A stretch of DNA of 63,162 bases, filler included, from Trichomonas gallinae (Eukaryota), in the NCBI GenBank assembly GCA_008369845.1. It is 9 parts of 9 records of this genome, joined end to end, with 100 filler letters (N's around TTAATTAATTAA, not from the genome) between each part and the next. Parts side by side here need not be neighbours in the genome. Positions count along the whole stretch, not along the records: positions 20,189 to 24,369 come from MRSU01001595.1; positions 24,470 to 39,927 come from MRSU01001596.1; 7 more parts are not named here. One strand, written 5' to 3'. Positions 23,459 to 34,104 of this stretch are shown one piece after another. Every line of letters begins with the position of its first letter. Positions within the stretch are counted from its first letter, which is position 1. The notes below the pieces were generated by a model. It saw nothing but the letters and a program-made list of their open reading frames with translations. It did not search any database and had not been told where the DNA came from. The position numbers and the translations under genes are program-made.

Positions 23459-24469
23459 AATTTTATTTTTGTCTTTTATAAAAATTCATTTTGCCTGAAC
23501 ATGTTTTTATCTGGAACTCTATCATGACTGAACTTTCCCACATGGGTCTCGGAGTATATTTAAAAAATACTCTTGTTAATGATCAGACCATATTTTATTG
23601 CTTCCATAATGTAATGTATATTGATTTTGTTCGTAAACACAAATATGATTAATTCCACAAAAAAATTGAATTTCTTACTATAAAAACAGCAGCAATTTTT
23701 TATTCTTATTATAAAGTTTCACTCTATCAGCTTATATAGTATGAGGAAAATTTAAGGAACTTCATTAAACTCCGAAACCATCAAAAATTAAATATAATGT
23801 TTATCTCTTAAACTGGTACAAAAATCAACTAAGTTTTCCAAAATTGCAACCATCCTATACAAGTGTTAATCAGTCTAATGAACTATGAATAGTATCTCAA
23901 GATGTATTCTGTAATAAGCATATAAATTAAAAAAAAAAAATCATGAAACAGTCAAGATTTGAAAAAACTCTTCCGTATATTTCATTTCCATGTATTTAGG
24001 AACTGATTTACACAACGGAATTCCAATTAATAGCTCAAAAGTATGAATAATTTTCCCAACTTTCTTGGATATTTTTGTTATATATAAAGACTAACATATC
24101 CTCTTTAAAATAATGGTCATGTTTGTTTTTTGAAAAATTTTAGAGTTCAAAAATAAGATAAACATTATGAAAATTGAACATAGCTATTTTATCTTTGAAT
24201 AACATATGACCATTTTTGACATTTTTATCATCGTTTACATTAATTTAAATTATTTTGAATGATGAATTCACCAATGATCAGTAAAATATATTTTCTAGAG
24301 GTGTAGAAACGACGATAGAAATGACGTTAAAATCTTATCGGTCCTACAAATGAAGCCTTTTTGGATTATNNNNNNNNNNNNNNNNNNNNNNNNNNNNNNN
24401 NNNNNNNNNNNNNTTAATTAATTAANNNNNNNNNNNNNNNNNNNNNNNNNNNNNNNNNNNNNNNNNNNN

Positions 24470-24585
24470 TCTGGGTGCTCCTGAGCATCCATAACCTTCT
24501 CGTATTCACCACGAATGAACTCTATTGCCTTCTGCTGCTTGATTTTCTTCGCTTCATCAAGAGGAACTTTTTTCCTTCCGTGCAT
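24470..24585 (-). CDS. RABGGTA: Rab geranylgeranyltransferase alpha subunit, 5' fragment truncated by gap
   Basis: Translates MHGRKKVPLDEAKKIKQQKAIEFIRGEYEKVMDAQEHP; an MHGR start followed by a charged helix is typical of RabGGTase alpha. Confidence 0.68.
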
Positions 24586-24719
24586 TTTGTCAAAATTTTG
24601 TATTTACATGTCAAAAATAATTTACATGGCAAATTAATTTCTATCGTCCTATCATGAAAATTTCTGTTTAAAATGTATTTTTTCACTGCATTTTCCGATC
24701 TATCTCGTAATAATATATT

Positions 24720-25140
24720 GGTCAGCTATGTGTAAAGTAGTTATAGCGAGTACATCGAGCTTTGAATATACATTATTGAAGTTGGTGCATTTGTGAACTA
24801 TTAATCAACAGTTTTATATGTCAATTTCATCATTATATATCTATAGAAACTCCTCAGACTAATGTTGTAATTTTGATGTTGTGCAAGTTTTGTAAACTAT
24901 TCAATAAAACTTACATGTCATATAATTGTGAAAGTCTGTTTTGTAGACTATTCAATAAAATTTTTACATGTCAATTCATCAACATGGATGAAGATATAGG
25001 AACTAGTTCAGTACTCAGACTGATGTGATGTAGTAATATAATGATGCAGTATGTGTAAAATATTGATAGCAAGAACATCAAGCTTTGAATATATAGTTCT
25101 GATGTTGGAAGTATGTTTTGTAAACTATTCAATAAAAATT
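24720..25140. repeat. Degenerate nested direct repeats in a divergent promoter
   Basis: TTGT(A/G)(A/G)ACTATT(C/A)AAT occurs about 4 times (~24791, 24890, 24941, 25118). The block TATGTGTAAA...ACATCxAGCTTTGAATATA is duplicated (~24727 and 25050). Confidence 0.7.
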
Positions 25141-25161
25141 TTTGTCTCTTTTGAATTTGCG

Positions 25162-27987
25162 ATGTCTTCATTGAACGAAGTTACTGATTTGATCACAAAA
25201 TTCGGTGCTCAGATCCTCAACAAGAAGGTTGGCGATGCACCAAAGGTCCCACAGCTCAAAATTGCAGCTACTGATATTATTCCATTATTCAAAAATGTCA
25301 AGAATGATTCTGCATCAGAATACGATACAGGATTCTTCAACATCATCCAATCATACATTGCTGAATCATGGACATCACTTTCAGGTGCCCAGAAGGACGA
25401 AATCAAGAATCTTCTTTTAAACTCAGCAAAAACACAAATAAACAAGCACTCACTTCACAGTTTTGCAAACATATGCGCTACAGTCTATGACCTTTGCGAA
25501 AAAGAGTGGCCACAAATAATCGATCTTGTTTTTAACGAGAAACCATCTGATACAACGGCAAAGATCTTCATCAGATTCCTTGCTACGGCATCTGAAGAGT
25601 TTTTGCAGGCTAATTTCGCAAAGATTGTTCATTTCATCACTGTTTCTTTCTCAATTGTCTCTAATTCAATCAAAGAAAACTATTTTACAGTTCTTTCCAG
25701 CCTCAATAGTGAAGAAGCCTTCTCAATTGAGCCAACATTGCTTGATATTTTCATGACTAATCTCATTAACTTAGTTAAAGAAGATCCAGAGCGTCAGGAA
25801 TTCGTTGTTCAGACAGCCATCGAGGTTCTCATCCAGGCTCCAAAAGCAGATTCAGTTGTTCCTAAGGCATTCACAGATGCTTTAGCAAATGTTAAAGATA
25901 CAGAGTCTGCTTTGCCACTTCTTAGCATTTTCCCCGTTTTCAACTCACAGGCTGTCGTTGCTCTCCTTTCTCGCCTTGTTTTAGTATGCGAGAATTATAT
26001 TAAGGAAAATGGCGTTCTTCCGATGGAGTTACTCGATGCAATTGAGCGTTCTCCAATCGAAGACCTCTCTGAAGATGTTTTAGAGACTCTGGCGAAATTC
26101 TTCTCAGAATCCTTAGAAAAGCCAGGTAACACAGCAGCAATTTCTATCTTTGCTCCACTTTGCGCTCAAGTTGCTGATGTCTACGGTGACAAGAAGATGC
26201 TCCAGGTTATCGATGGATGCTTCCAGGGCTCTGGACTTTCAATTGTAGCGTCATTGCTGATCTACAAATACATCATTGGCTACATGGATAACCTCGAATT
26301 CAAGCTCCCGCAATCATCTCTCACTCGCGTTTTCAACTTGATGGCTTCACCAGACGAAAAGGTTCGTGCTGCTGCTTTAGACACTGCTAGATCTCTCATC
26401 AAGGAGCACTTCCAGCCAAGCAACGACTCAGTTACTCAACTGTTCAAAGTTTTCGAAGTTCTTCCTTCCGAAAAAGAAATCAGAGGATTCTTCAAGCTCC
26501 TCAGAGACATGTTCAGAGCTGAGAACGAGAACATTACAAACCAGGCTTACGAGTTCGCCCTCAACGGCCTCAAAAACACAAAGGATGCACGCATGATATC
26601 AGAGCTCCTCTCAATCATCGCGAACGCAGCTGACATCACTCCAGACTTAATCGCTGAAGAAGAAAACGAGCCAATTTTAGCTAAATGCATCGAACTACTC
26701 AATTCCAACAACGAGAGCACATGGAAGTACGCTTCACGCGCAATGCTCGTGTTGGACGCTGATGAAGAAATCCAGAAGAAGATCATCAACACTTTGCCAC
26801 GTATCAAACAACTTCTCTCGGAGAAATCTACCGTCAGCGCAAAGGCGCGCGGAAACCTTGCCGCTTCGTACGCTGGCCTCGTCATTGGCAACGACATGAA
26901 GGATGAATACAACAACTTGGTTGACGTCGCAACAAGATTCATACAGTCTGACAACTCACATTTGATCACTGCTGGCGCTTTGCTCATTGAAATGTCTGCG
27001 CAAAAGCTTCTTCCTTCTGTCATCAGGAAAGTTTTCGAAAGCGAAGTTGCTGTCGCGTTGGAGCAGTCGAACGAAGAGCCACTCAATAACTTGCTTCATT
27101 CCATGATCGAGTGTTTTGACAAGTTCAGATGCGAGCCACAACAAGTTGAAAATCTTTTCACTTCACTTTCATCAGGTGAACATCCTGTCTACAAAGGCAA
27201 ACACTTCTCTTCATTCGTCGATAAAGACACAACAATTTTTGCTTTCCTCAAAGTCATCTCCAACAAATTCAAGGAGTTTTATCCGAAACTTGTTTCTCCA
27301 ATGGTTTCATGGTTCTCGACAGCTCCATCAGAAATGTTCGACCCACTCCTCGACATCATCACAACACTTGTCGGCGCTAAGCAGGTAAATGGCGACGACG
27401 CTGACCTTCTCGGTGAAACACTTTACAAAAGAATCGGCGCAGTACACGATGATGCACTCGATGAAATTATGCTCGGCACTTTGTTGGATTTGATCGAAAC
27501 AAAGCCAGACTGCATCGACGCGTATAGATTCTGCGCGAAGCTTGTCAACATCTACGAAAAGCTCGATGAAGAGGAGCAGTCTTCTTTGCGCGCTTGTGTC
27601 GCTGCAACAATTCTTTCTCTCGCTTCAACATCAGAAAAAGTCTTTGAAGTCGTCGGCGATGATTTGCTTAAAGACATCCTTGCCGGATTCCCTGGTGAGC
27701 CTGGTGATGGAAATGCTGATGTCATGGGCATGGCCGTCGTCAAGATGGTTGAGGCTGGAGATATGTTCAAGGAAATGAGGCCTTCCATCGCTGCTACATT
27801 AATAAGGGTTTTAATGCTCAAGAATGAAGAGTTGAAGAAGTTCGAATTCCGCAACCAGACAGTAAACGCAATGAAGAAGGTCACAAAACAGATCTTGAAG
27901 GAGAATCCTGAAATCGAGAGAGCAATTGTCAAAGATTTTGGAAAAGACAGACCAATGCTGAACAGGTTCAAGAAGTTATTCCAGTGA
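25162..27987 (+). CDS. Large HEAT/ARM-repeat protein (importin-beta-like fold)
   Basis: About 940 aa, all-helical. N-terminal WTSLSGAQKDEIKNLLL and KEWPQII resemble karyopherin-beta motifs. Start probably MSSLNEV at 25162. Confidence 0.72.
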   Translation: MSSLNEVTDLITKFGAQILNKKVGDAPKVPQLKIAATDIIPLFKNVKNDSASEYDTGFFNIIQSYIAESWTSLSGAQKDEIKNLLLNSAKTQINKHSLHSFANICATVYDLCEKEWPQIIDLVFNEKPSDTTAKIFIRFLATASEEFLQANFAKIVHFITVSFSIVSNSIKENYFTVLSSLNSEEAFSIEPTLLDIFMTNLINLVKEDPERQEFVVQTAIEVLIQAPKADSVVPKAFTDALANVKDTESALPLLSIFPVFNSQAVVALLSRLVLVCENYIKENGVLPMELLDAIERSPIEDLSEDVLETLAKFFSESLEKPGNTAAISIFAPLCAQVADVYGDKKMLQVIDGCFQGSGLSIVASLLIYKYIIGYMDNLEFKLPQSSLTRVFNLMASPDEKVRAAALDTARSLIKEHFQPSNDSVTQLFKVFEVLPSEKEIRGFFKLLRDMFRAENENITNQAYEFALNGLKNTKDARMISELLSIIANAADITPDLIAEEENEPILAKCIELLNSNNESTWKYASRAMLVLDADEEIQKKIINTLPRIKQLLSEKSTVSAKARGNLAASYAGLVIGNDMKDEYNNLVDVATRFIQSDNSHLITAGALLIEMSAQKLLPSVIRKVFESEVAVALEQSNEEPLNNLLHSMIECFDKFRCEPQQVENLFTSLSSGEHPVYKGKHFSSFVDKDTTIFAFLKVISNKFKEFYPKLVSPMVSWFSTAPSEMFDPLLDIITTLVGAKQVNGDDADLLGETLYKRIGAVHDDALDEIMLGTLLDLIETKPDCIDAYRFCAKLVNIYEKLDEEEQSSLRACVAATILSLASTSEKVFEVVGDDLLKDILAGFPGEPGDGNADVMGMAVVKMVEAGDMFKEMRPSIAATLIRVLMLKNEELKKFEFRNQTVNAMKKVTKQILKENPEIERAIVKDFGKDRPMLNRFKKLFQ

Positions 27988-28326
27988 ATCAATATTTTAT
28001 ATATGTAGAGTCAACATCTTTCGCCATGAGTAAACTATACTACTTTTGTTGAATTATTATTTTTCAATTTCGAATTGCAAACTTAATGGGAAGTTTTTTT
28101 TTGTATATATTAATCCTTATATAGTTGATACTTCACTAAATTATATTCAGACTTGAAGATTTAATTAATCATATTCAAATTCGTCAATAATCTGATTAAA
28201 ACAATAAGGTCAGTCGCTTAAAGTGATGGTTTTATGCTTCCTGGGTATTGTCTGATCAAGTAAATTAAAAAATAAATAATATTTCAGGAATTTTTACAAA
28301 AAGTTTTATCTAAAATAATAAATACA

Positions 28327-28737
28327 TTAGAGCTCGTGATTCTCTTTAGCTTCATGTGATGTAGAAGGGTTTTCTGTTTCTATCGTTCCTTGAGGTGCTT
28401 GTTGCTGATTGTTTGCATTATCAGATTGAGGTTCAGTGATTTCTCCATTGCTGTTGGAATCATGAGCTTCTTCTTGCTTAATAGATTTTTCTGATTTCTG
28501 GTGCTTGATGTAGCTTGGAATTGATTTCATGCGGCTAATTGCATCTTTGATGCTATTGCAGATGTTTTTAAGGCAGTTCCAGATATAGTTGCAAACGCAT
28601 TTAATAAAATCTCTAATTTTAGTGAAAATAGATACAGTAACAGACTGGACATCATAGCAATAGCTTTTGAATGATCCTTTGACCTTAAGTTTAAGGTCTG
28701 GGTTAAACAGTCCTAAAAGACAGAAGATGAGAAACAT
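28327..28737 (-). CDS. Small hypothetical protein with signal-like N-terminus
   Basis: 136-aa ORF: hydrophobic start, amphipathic helix, polar tail. Confidence 0.65.
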   Translation of the reverse strand: MFLIFCLLGLFNPDLKLKVKGSFKSYCYDVQSVTVSIFTKIRDFIKCVCNYIWNCLKNICNSIKDAISRMKSIPSYIKHQKSEKSIKQEEAHDSNSNGEITEPQSDNANNQQQAPQGTIETENPSTSHEAKENHEL

Positions 28738-28900
28738 CTGTTTAAAATTTAAACTGACCGATTTTAGGGTCAGACCCTATTTTCCCAACTTTACATTGTC
28801 AAATTGAAAATTTTACAAATCAGATTGTCAGATAATTTGAAAAATGATGATGTAAAATTGACATTATTAATTTACAAATACCAGATAACTTGAAAAGCGA

Positions 28901-28982
28901 AGAGAGGTAGGGTGACAGGCGCTGTTAAGTCATTCGACAGAGCCAAATTTAACGTCCAAAAAATTTCTGTCACCCTTCCTCT
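28901..28982. mobile_element. 82-bp non-autonomous TIR element with 6-bp TSD (candidate mini-Maverick/Polinton derivative)
   Basis: TIRs AGAGGTAGGGTGACAG / CTGTCACCCTTCCTCT (15 of 16 match), termini AGAGAG...CTCT, flanked by direct repeat AAGCGA at 28895-28900 and 28983-28988. Confidence 0.65.
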
Positions 28983-29388
28983 AAGCGATGAAATGGAATT
29001 GACATTGTAAATTTATAAATGTCAAATGCTAAAATGCATCAAATTTAATCACATCAAATAATACGATTTTGGTCAGTTCTCAGTCTCAACAAGATTGCTA
29101 AGGCATCACAAAAGGTTATGTTATTACAAGGAAAAGCATTTTTCTCAAACAACAGTTAATGATTTTAATGCAAAATGAATAATTCATGATGACTGCTTGG
29201 ATGGTCTAGAAGAACAAGAAGAAGCTTCAAGATGCGCACGATCATGTTTTAGTTAAAATGTTAAGATATATTTCATCATTATTAGATTGTTACAAAAAGA
29301 TTATTAATGATTAATGGATGTGTCAAAAATTTGACAATTTGTCAAAAATCTTCAATAAATTTTAGATTGATCTAAAAATCATTTTTTC

Positions 29389-32300
29389 ATGCATCTCAGC
29401 TATTCAGAACCCAATTTTGCAACTGAGATAGGATCAAACAATGATTTTGGATCGTTGAAATATAAAACTCCTTTGTTATTAACAGTCGATAAATTTGATG
29501 ATGACGAACCTCCGCCAATTTCTAATTTAGGTAATGCTGTTGTCGCTATTTTCTTGCAAGATATAGAACCAAATTTGCTCTTGCGCGGTTTCGAATTATC
29601 ATCTCGTTATTTCGGCTGGTTTGATATGAAAAATCTTCAAAATATAGGACAAAGTTCGAAATCTAGGAAAGCCAGCTTCCTTGTAAAACAATATTTATTC
29701 AATTTCGTAATCAACGAATCGGCAATTTTACCAGATCCTTCTCCAGAGCAACTCACTTCATGTATAACAGCAATGAATTTACCAAGCGATTACAACAGAA
29801 CTCTCTTTTTGTTAATGGGACATGGTTTACTGCAAAATCCGGATCAAAACTACTTTAGTTTAACGCCAACAAGTGATGAAGATAGCGGAAATTTGCAATA
29901 CACAACATTAATATCTACATTTAAAGGCCCATCATGCTTTATCATAGATTGTGATTATGCTGGAACAATGTATCAGTTCTTTTCGGATGAAACTATCGGA
30001 AACAAAGACAGATTTGGATTCTTTTCATGCATGGAAGATGAGCAAATACCAAGAAAAGTTCGTCTTCCCGCGGATTTATTTACTTCATGCATGTTAACTC
30101 CTGCTTATGTTGCTTTATTGCTTGAATCCAAACAGTTTTATGCATTCAAATCAGAAGGCATCCATGAACTTGCTCTAGAAGACTTTTCTGAAAATGGAAA
30201 TTTGAAATCAAATATTAATACGATCGCTGTTATTGTCAACAAGATGTTGTTATGCTTAGTTAGAGCCATGTCGTTACACGAACTGTCTCCAACTGAACAT
30301 TTCAACATTTTCTTCAGAGATCCAAAAATCGCGCATTTGTTTGCTAATTTTTGTTATGCGCAAAGAGTCGGTGACGAAATTGGAATGCATCCAATGTCAT
30401 ACCCAAGCATCCCGGACTTCACTGAGCATCCTCTCTGGGACTACTTGAGCATGTATATAGATCACGCGCTCTATTATCTTCTGACTCCGAGCGAAGGCGC
30501 GAGATTTGCACAGGTTGTCGCGCAAGACAAAACATTGTTTTTGTCAGATGTTTTGAAATCAATACACAACGCTTTAGCTGACAAAACAACAAAAGACATT
30601 CCAAAGCAGTTCTCTCTAATGCCAATGATCATAGATGACGATGCATTAGTCGAGAAAGGTGTCGAAACATTGATCGAGTATTTAGACTGCAGACCGATTT
30701 CATTAAATTACTCAATTTGCCTGGGAATTCTTGAGTCGTTAACTGCAATTCCTGTAGAAAAACATCAGGCATCTATTGTTCACATAGCTTATTGCATTGG
30801 AAATCTCATGGCCTACGCATACATCAAGAAATCAGGCTACGAATTTTACACATGTCATGCGACAGAAATAATCAAAGGTTTGCTTATGTCAAAAGATGAT
30901 CCTCTGTCCGTTACATTAGCAATTATCATCTTGAGTGTGACTTGTTCGTTAGATGGAGCTTATGTTGAGTGTGCCCCGAATATTGACTTCTTCATCAACT
31001 TAGCTTGCTGCAACAACAAATTACATGTATTTTGGGCACTGAACTTCATCTCCCTTTTTGTTGATGCCTTTGAATCTCTTCCACCAGGTCAGTTCAACAT
31101 TTTTTATTCGAAGGTGTTGTCAGCGATAGAGTCAGATGACGCTGACATTAGAGCAGCAGCAATTGCTGTTCTGGCAAGTTTAGTTCCTCACGATACTGGT
31201 TTTGAATCATTAGATCTAATCAGCGAAATCGTTATTGAAAACTGCAACTCTTCTTCACAAGTTGTGAGAATGCAGACATTTTTATTGGCGCAAAACTTCT
31301 TGTTATCAGAATTAGCATCAGATGAAACAGCGAAATCGAAAATTGAAGGTTTAATAACAGGCTTCAGAGAAGATCCAAATCCTGAAATTTCAAGCGCTGC
31401 ATCTAATATATATACAAATCCTTACCACTCAACAGCTCTCATTGATGGAAGCTTCAACGCATTTTTAAAGACGCAGTATGATCAGTTGTCGGATATATCT
31501 GAACCACCGTTTAACCCGCACTTAAAGGAGCCAGAAATCAAAGTCTTACCTCAGATGGGCGCTTTTCCACAGCCGAACTACATATTCAGCGAGATAGATA
31601 GCTTGGAAAACGCAGCAGGAATCATCACGAATATCGCCTTTCTCTCGGAGAACCACATCGCATTCGGTGATTCTGAAGGAACTCTTTATCTGAGGAACTA
31701 CTCTGAAAGAATTTTTGTAGCCAAAAAGCCAAAGAAACAAATTTTTACTAGAGGACTTGTATCATTCGTCAAGCCTTTCCTTTCGGACTCTTTGATTGCT
31801 GGCTCATCGACAGGAACGGTTGCGATATTAAGTGGAATACACAGTGGTGAAATGTTTGTTGCTGATTCGTTCAATTTCCCTTCGAACAACAATATGACTC
31901 AAAACTGCATCGATTATGATTACCTCCACAGATGCATTTTGACGTGTTCAGGAAGTGGATCAGTTCATGTTTGGGATGCTTCAAGATGCCATGAAGTCAA
32001 ACCAATCAAAGTTCTAAATGAAGGAATCTCCAAAATTCAAATATTCCCTGAAGATCCAATGATGCTTGGTGTCATCGGACAAGATTCAGGCTGCCTAAAG
32101 TTCTTCGATACAAGAGTCGGATACGAAACCCCGGCAATTTCATACGGTGATGAATTCCTGAATTTCGAATCAATACCATTCCAAAGAGGAGGATTCATTG
32201 GTTTGTCAAGAAGTGGAAAAGTAACGCAAAGCAGATTAAACTCAACAAATGTCAGATCGTTTAATAACTTAGATCCATATTATTCTATATCAGTGTCTAG

Positions 32301-32499
32301 GTTCAAGCCTTGCTTTGTTACTGTTGGCAAGACAATGGATGTATATGATCTAATCAGTGGGAATTCAGTTCCTGTCCTTAATCGTTTGTATAATTATGGA
32401 CCGAAAGCTATATCAAGCATCGAATTCAGCAATTTCAGACAATCATTTGGATTCGTTGCTAATAGAAATACAATCAAAATTGTTAATATCGCTAACTAG
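29389..32499 (+). CDS. RPTOR: Raptor/KOG1-like protein (caspase-like RNC domain, HEAT, WD40)
   Basis: LLMGHG, IIDCDYAG, LPADLFTSCMLTP, FFRD...LFANF, PMSYPSIP...HPLW; C-terminal WD repeats. Confidence 0.88.
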   Translation: MHLSYSEPNFATEIGSNNDFGSLKYKTPLLLTVDKFDDDEPPPISNLGNAVVAIFLQDIEPNLLLRGFELSSRYFGWFDMKNLQNIGQSSKSRKASFLVKQYLFNFVINESAILPDPSPEQLTSCITAMNLPSDYNRTLFLLMGHGLLQNPDQNYFSLTPTSDEDSGNLQYTTLISTFKGPSCFIIDCDYAGTMYQFFSDETIGNKDRFGFFSCMEDEQIPRKVRLPADLFTSCMLTPAYVALLLESKQFYAFKSEGIHELALEDFSENGNLKSNINTIAVIVNKMLLCLVRAMSLHELSPTEHFNIFFRDPKIAHLFANFCYAQRVGDEIGMHPMSYPSIPDFTEHPLWDYLSMYIDHALYYLLTPSEGARFAQVVAQDKTLFLSDVLKSIHNALADKTTKDIPKQFSLMPMIIDDDALVEKGVETLIEYLDCRPISLNYSICLGILESLTAIPVEKHQASIVHIAYCIGNLMAYAYIKKSGYEFYTCHATEIIKGLLMSKDDPLSVTLAIIILSVTCSLDGAYVECAPNIDFFINLACCNNKLHVFWALNFISLFVDAFESLPPGQFNIFYSKVLSAIESDDADIRAAAIAVLASLVPHDTGFESLDLISEIVIENCNSSSQVVRMQTFLLAQNFLLSELASDETAKSKIEGLITGFREDPNPEISSAASNIYTNPYHSTALIDGSFNAFLKTQYDQLSDISEPPFNPHLKEPEIKVLPQMGAFPQPNYIFSEIDSLENAAGIITNIAFLSENHIAFGDSEGTLYLRNYSERIFVAKKPKKQIFTRGLVSFVKPFLSDSLIAGSSTGTVAILSGIHSGEMFVADSFNFPSNNNMTQNCIDYDYLHRCILTCSGSGSVHVWDASRCHEVKPIKVLNEGISKIQIFPEDPMMLGVIGQDSGCLKFFDTRVGYETPAISYGDEFLNFESIPFQRGGFIGLSRSGKVTQSRLNSTNVRSFNNLDPYYSISVSRFKPCFVTVGKTMDVYDLISGNSVPVLNRLYNYGPKAISSIEFSNFRQSFGFVANRNTIKIVNIAN

Positions 32500-32862
32500 T
32501 TTTGTTTATAAATATTTTTGTTTGTTGATATTTTTTCATTTAACTTCAGTTCTTGCCCATTCGAGGAAAAAACAATTCATATTTTTTTCCTTATTTAGTC
32601 ATTGGTAAGACAAGTTATTCATGTTGCTTCTATATTACAGGAGGAACCAAGCATACAGTTCCGAAAGCATTAACTAGAAATATTTTTTTTTTGTTATGAT
32701 TCGAGACCATCGTGCGTCTTTCTAGTAGATTGCCAACGCTAAATAAACAATTCAGCATTTCATGCTTGTATGCAAAAGATGAAGCCATTTTCTTTGCGTG
32801 TGTTGTCATATTTTGCTTGCAATCAATTAATACACTCTTTTTCATATTCATTGAGTTAATTT

Positions 32863-34104
32863 CTAGGCCGTTTCAGGTATAGCGAGTCTCTCATAAATTT
32901 TTTCGTCACGCTTCTTAGAAGCTTTATCAAATAACTTGTAAGTAATGAATCCAAGGATGCATATAAGAATTAGCACGAAATATCTAATATACGATTTGTT
33001 TTCATCGATAACATTTTGGATTGTTTTCAGATCGCAGTGTTTAACAAATCTCCTATTTATATCTATTGAAGAAAGGGTTTTTGTATTATATTCCTCTGTA
33101 ACATTACCTCTTTTTAGGATAGTTTCAAGTTTCGATTCAAAATAACAATGTGACAAAGTCAAATTGCCTTTGGCACATATTATTTTTGTTTTTCTTCCGA
33201 CACCAGATACGTATAACTCGGAATGAGTAAATATTGGGACTTCATAATATCCAATTGCAGAAAAATTACCATTGCAGCAAATAATATTCCATCTTCCTGC
33301 ATTGGCAAGTTCACTACTGCTTTCCACAATTATTTCATACATTGGAGCAGATTTTATTATTGAATTGTTAATTGTTTGGAGATAATATATTGTGCATACT
33401 CTGTCACCATGTATACGAAGTATAGGAGACTTTGAACCAAATCCTTTTGACTGATTGATCGATTCTATCATTGAATCACCAATCATTGAAAAAGTTGCAG
33501 ATTGAGAATCAAAATATATTGAGGGGCATTGATGGAAAGATGTTCTATTTAAAATACCGAACATTCTGTCTGGATGAAAGAAGAATCCTTGGCCAGATAA
33601 TTTTGTCGAACAAAATGTAAAGCAGCTGTCTGATATAGATGGCTCTGATTCTCCAGCTATAAGTAAAACAGCTCCTCCATTTGATTTTGTGCTTGTCGTA
33701 TAACAATCGTAGAAAGTTGATTTTTGTATGAGAATTTTACCGTTTACTGTATCAAAATAGAGGGCTCCGCCTCCATCCTGGTTTGATGTTATGCATTTGA
33801 TGAAGTAACAATGAATATATGCTTGTTTTGACTGTAATAAAGATCTGAAATGTCGATTAAAAACAGTAATATGCGGATTAGATAACGATATATGTACCAC
33901 TGAATCCAAATAATTCTTAAAATAAGAATTTTTCACTTCTATATTCGATATTGGAAAAGATGTTCGATATAAATTACTAAAAGACTTGGAAATTGAACAC
34001 TTAAACACCATAAAACTCTGTGGTGTCGTAAATTGCGGCATTGTAACTAATGGATTATGATTCTTATAATGTTGCAATCTTAATGAAAATAAAGTAATGT
34101 TCAT
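32863..34104 (-). CDS. Type I membrane protein with Pmp-like/parallel beta-helix GGA motifs
   Basis: FIKC...GGGALYF and FYDC...GGAVLL; C-terminal TM helix and short basic tail. Confidence 0.7.
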   Translation of the reverse strand: MNITLFSLRLQHYKNHNPLVTMPQFTTPQSFMVFKCSISKSFSNLYRTSFPISNIEVKNSYFKNYLDSVVHISLSNPHITVFNRHFRSLLQSKQAYIHCYFIKCITSNQDGGGALYFDTVNGKILIQKSTFYDCYTTSTKSNGGAVLLIAGESEPSISDSCFTFCSTKLSGQGFFFHPDRMFGILNRTSFHQCPSIYFDSQSATFSMIGDSMIESINQSKGFGSKSPILRIHGDRVCTIYYLQTINNSIIKSAPMYEIIVESSSELANAGRWNIICCNGNFSAIGYYEVPIFTHSELYVSGVGRKTKIICAKGNLTLSHCYFESKLETILKRGNVTEEYNTKTLSSIDINRRFVKHCDLKTIQNVIDENKSYIRYFVLILICILGFITYKLFDKASKKRDEKIYERLAIPETA

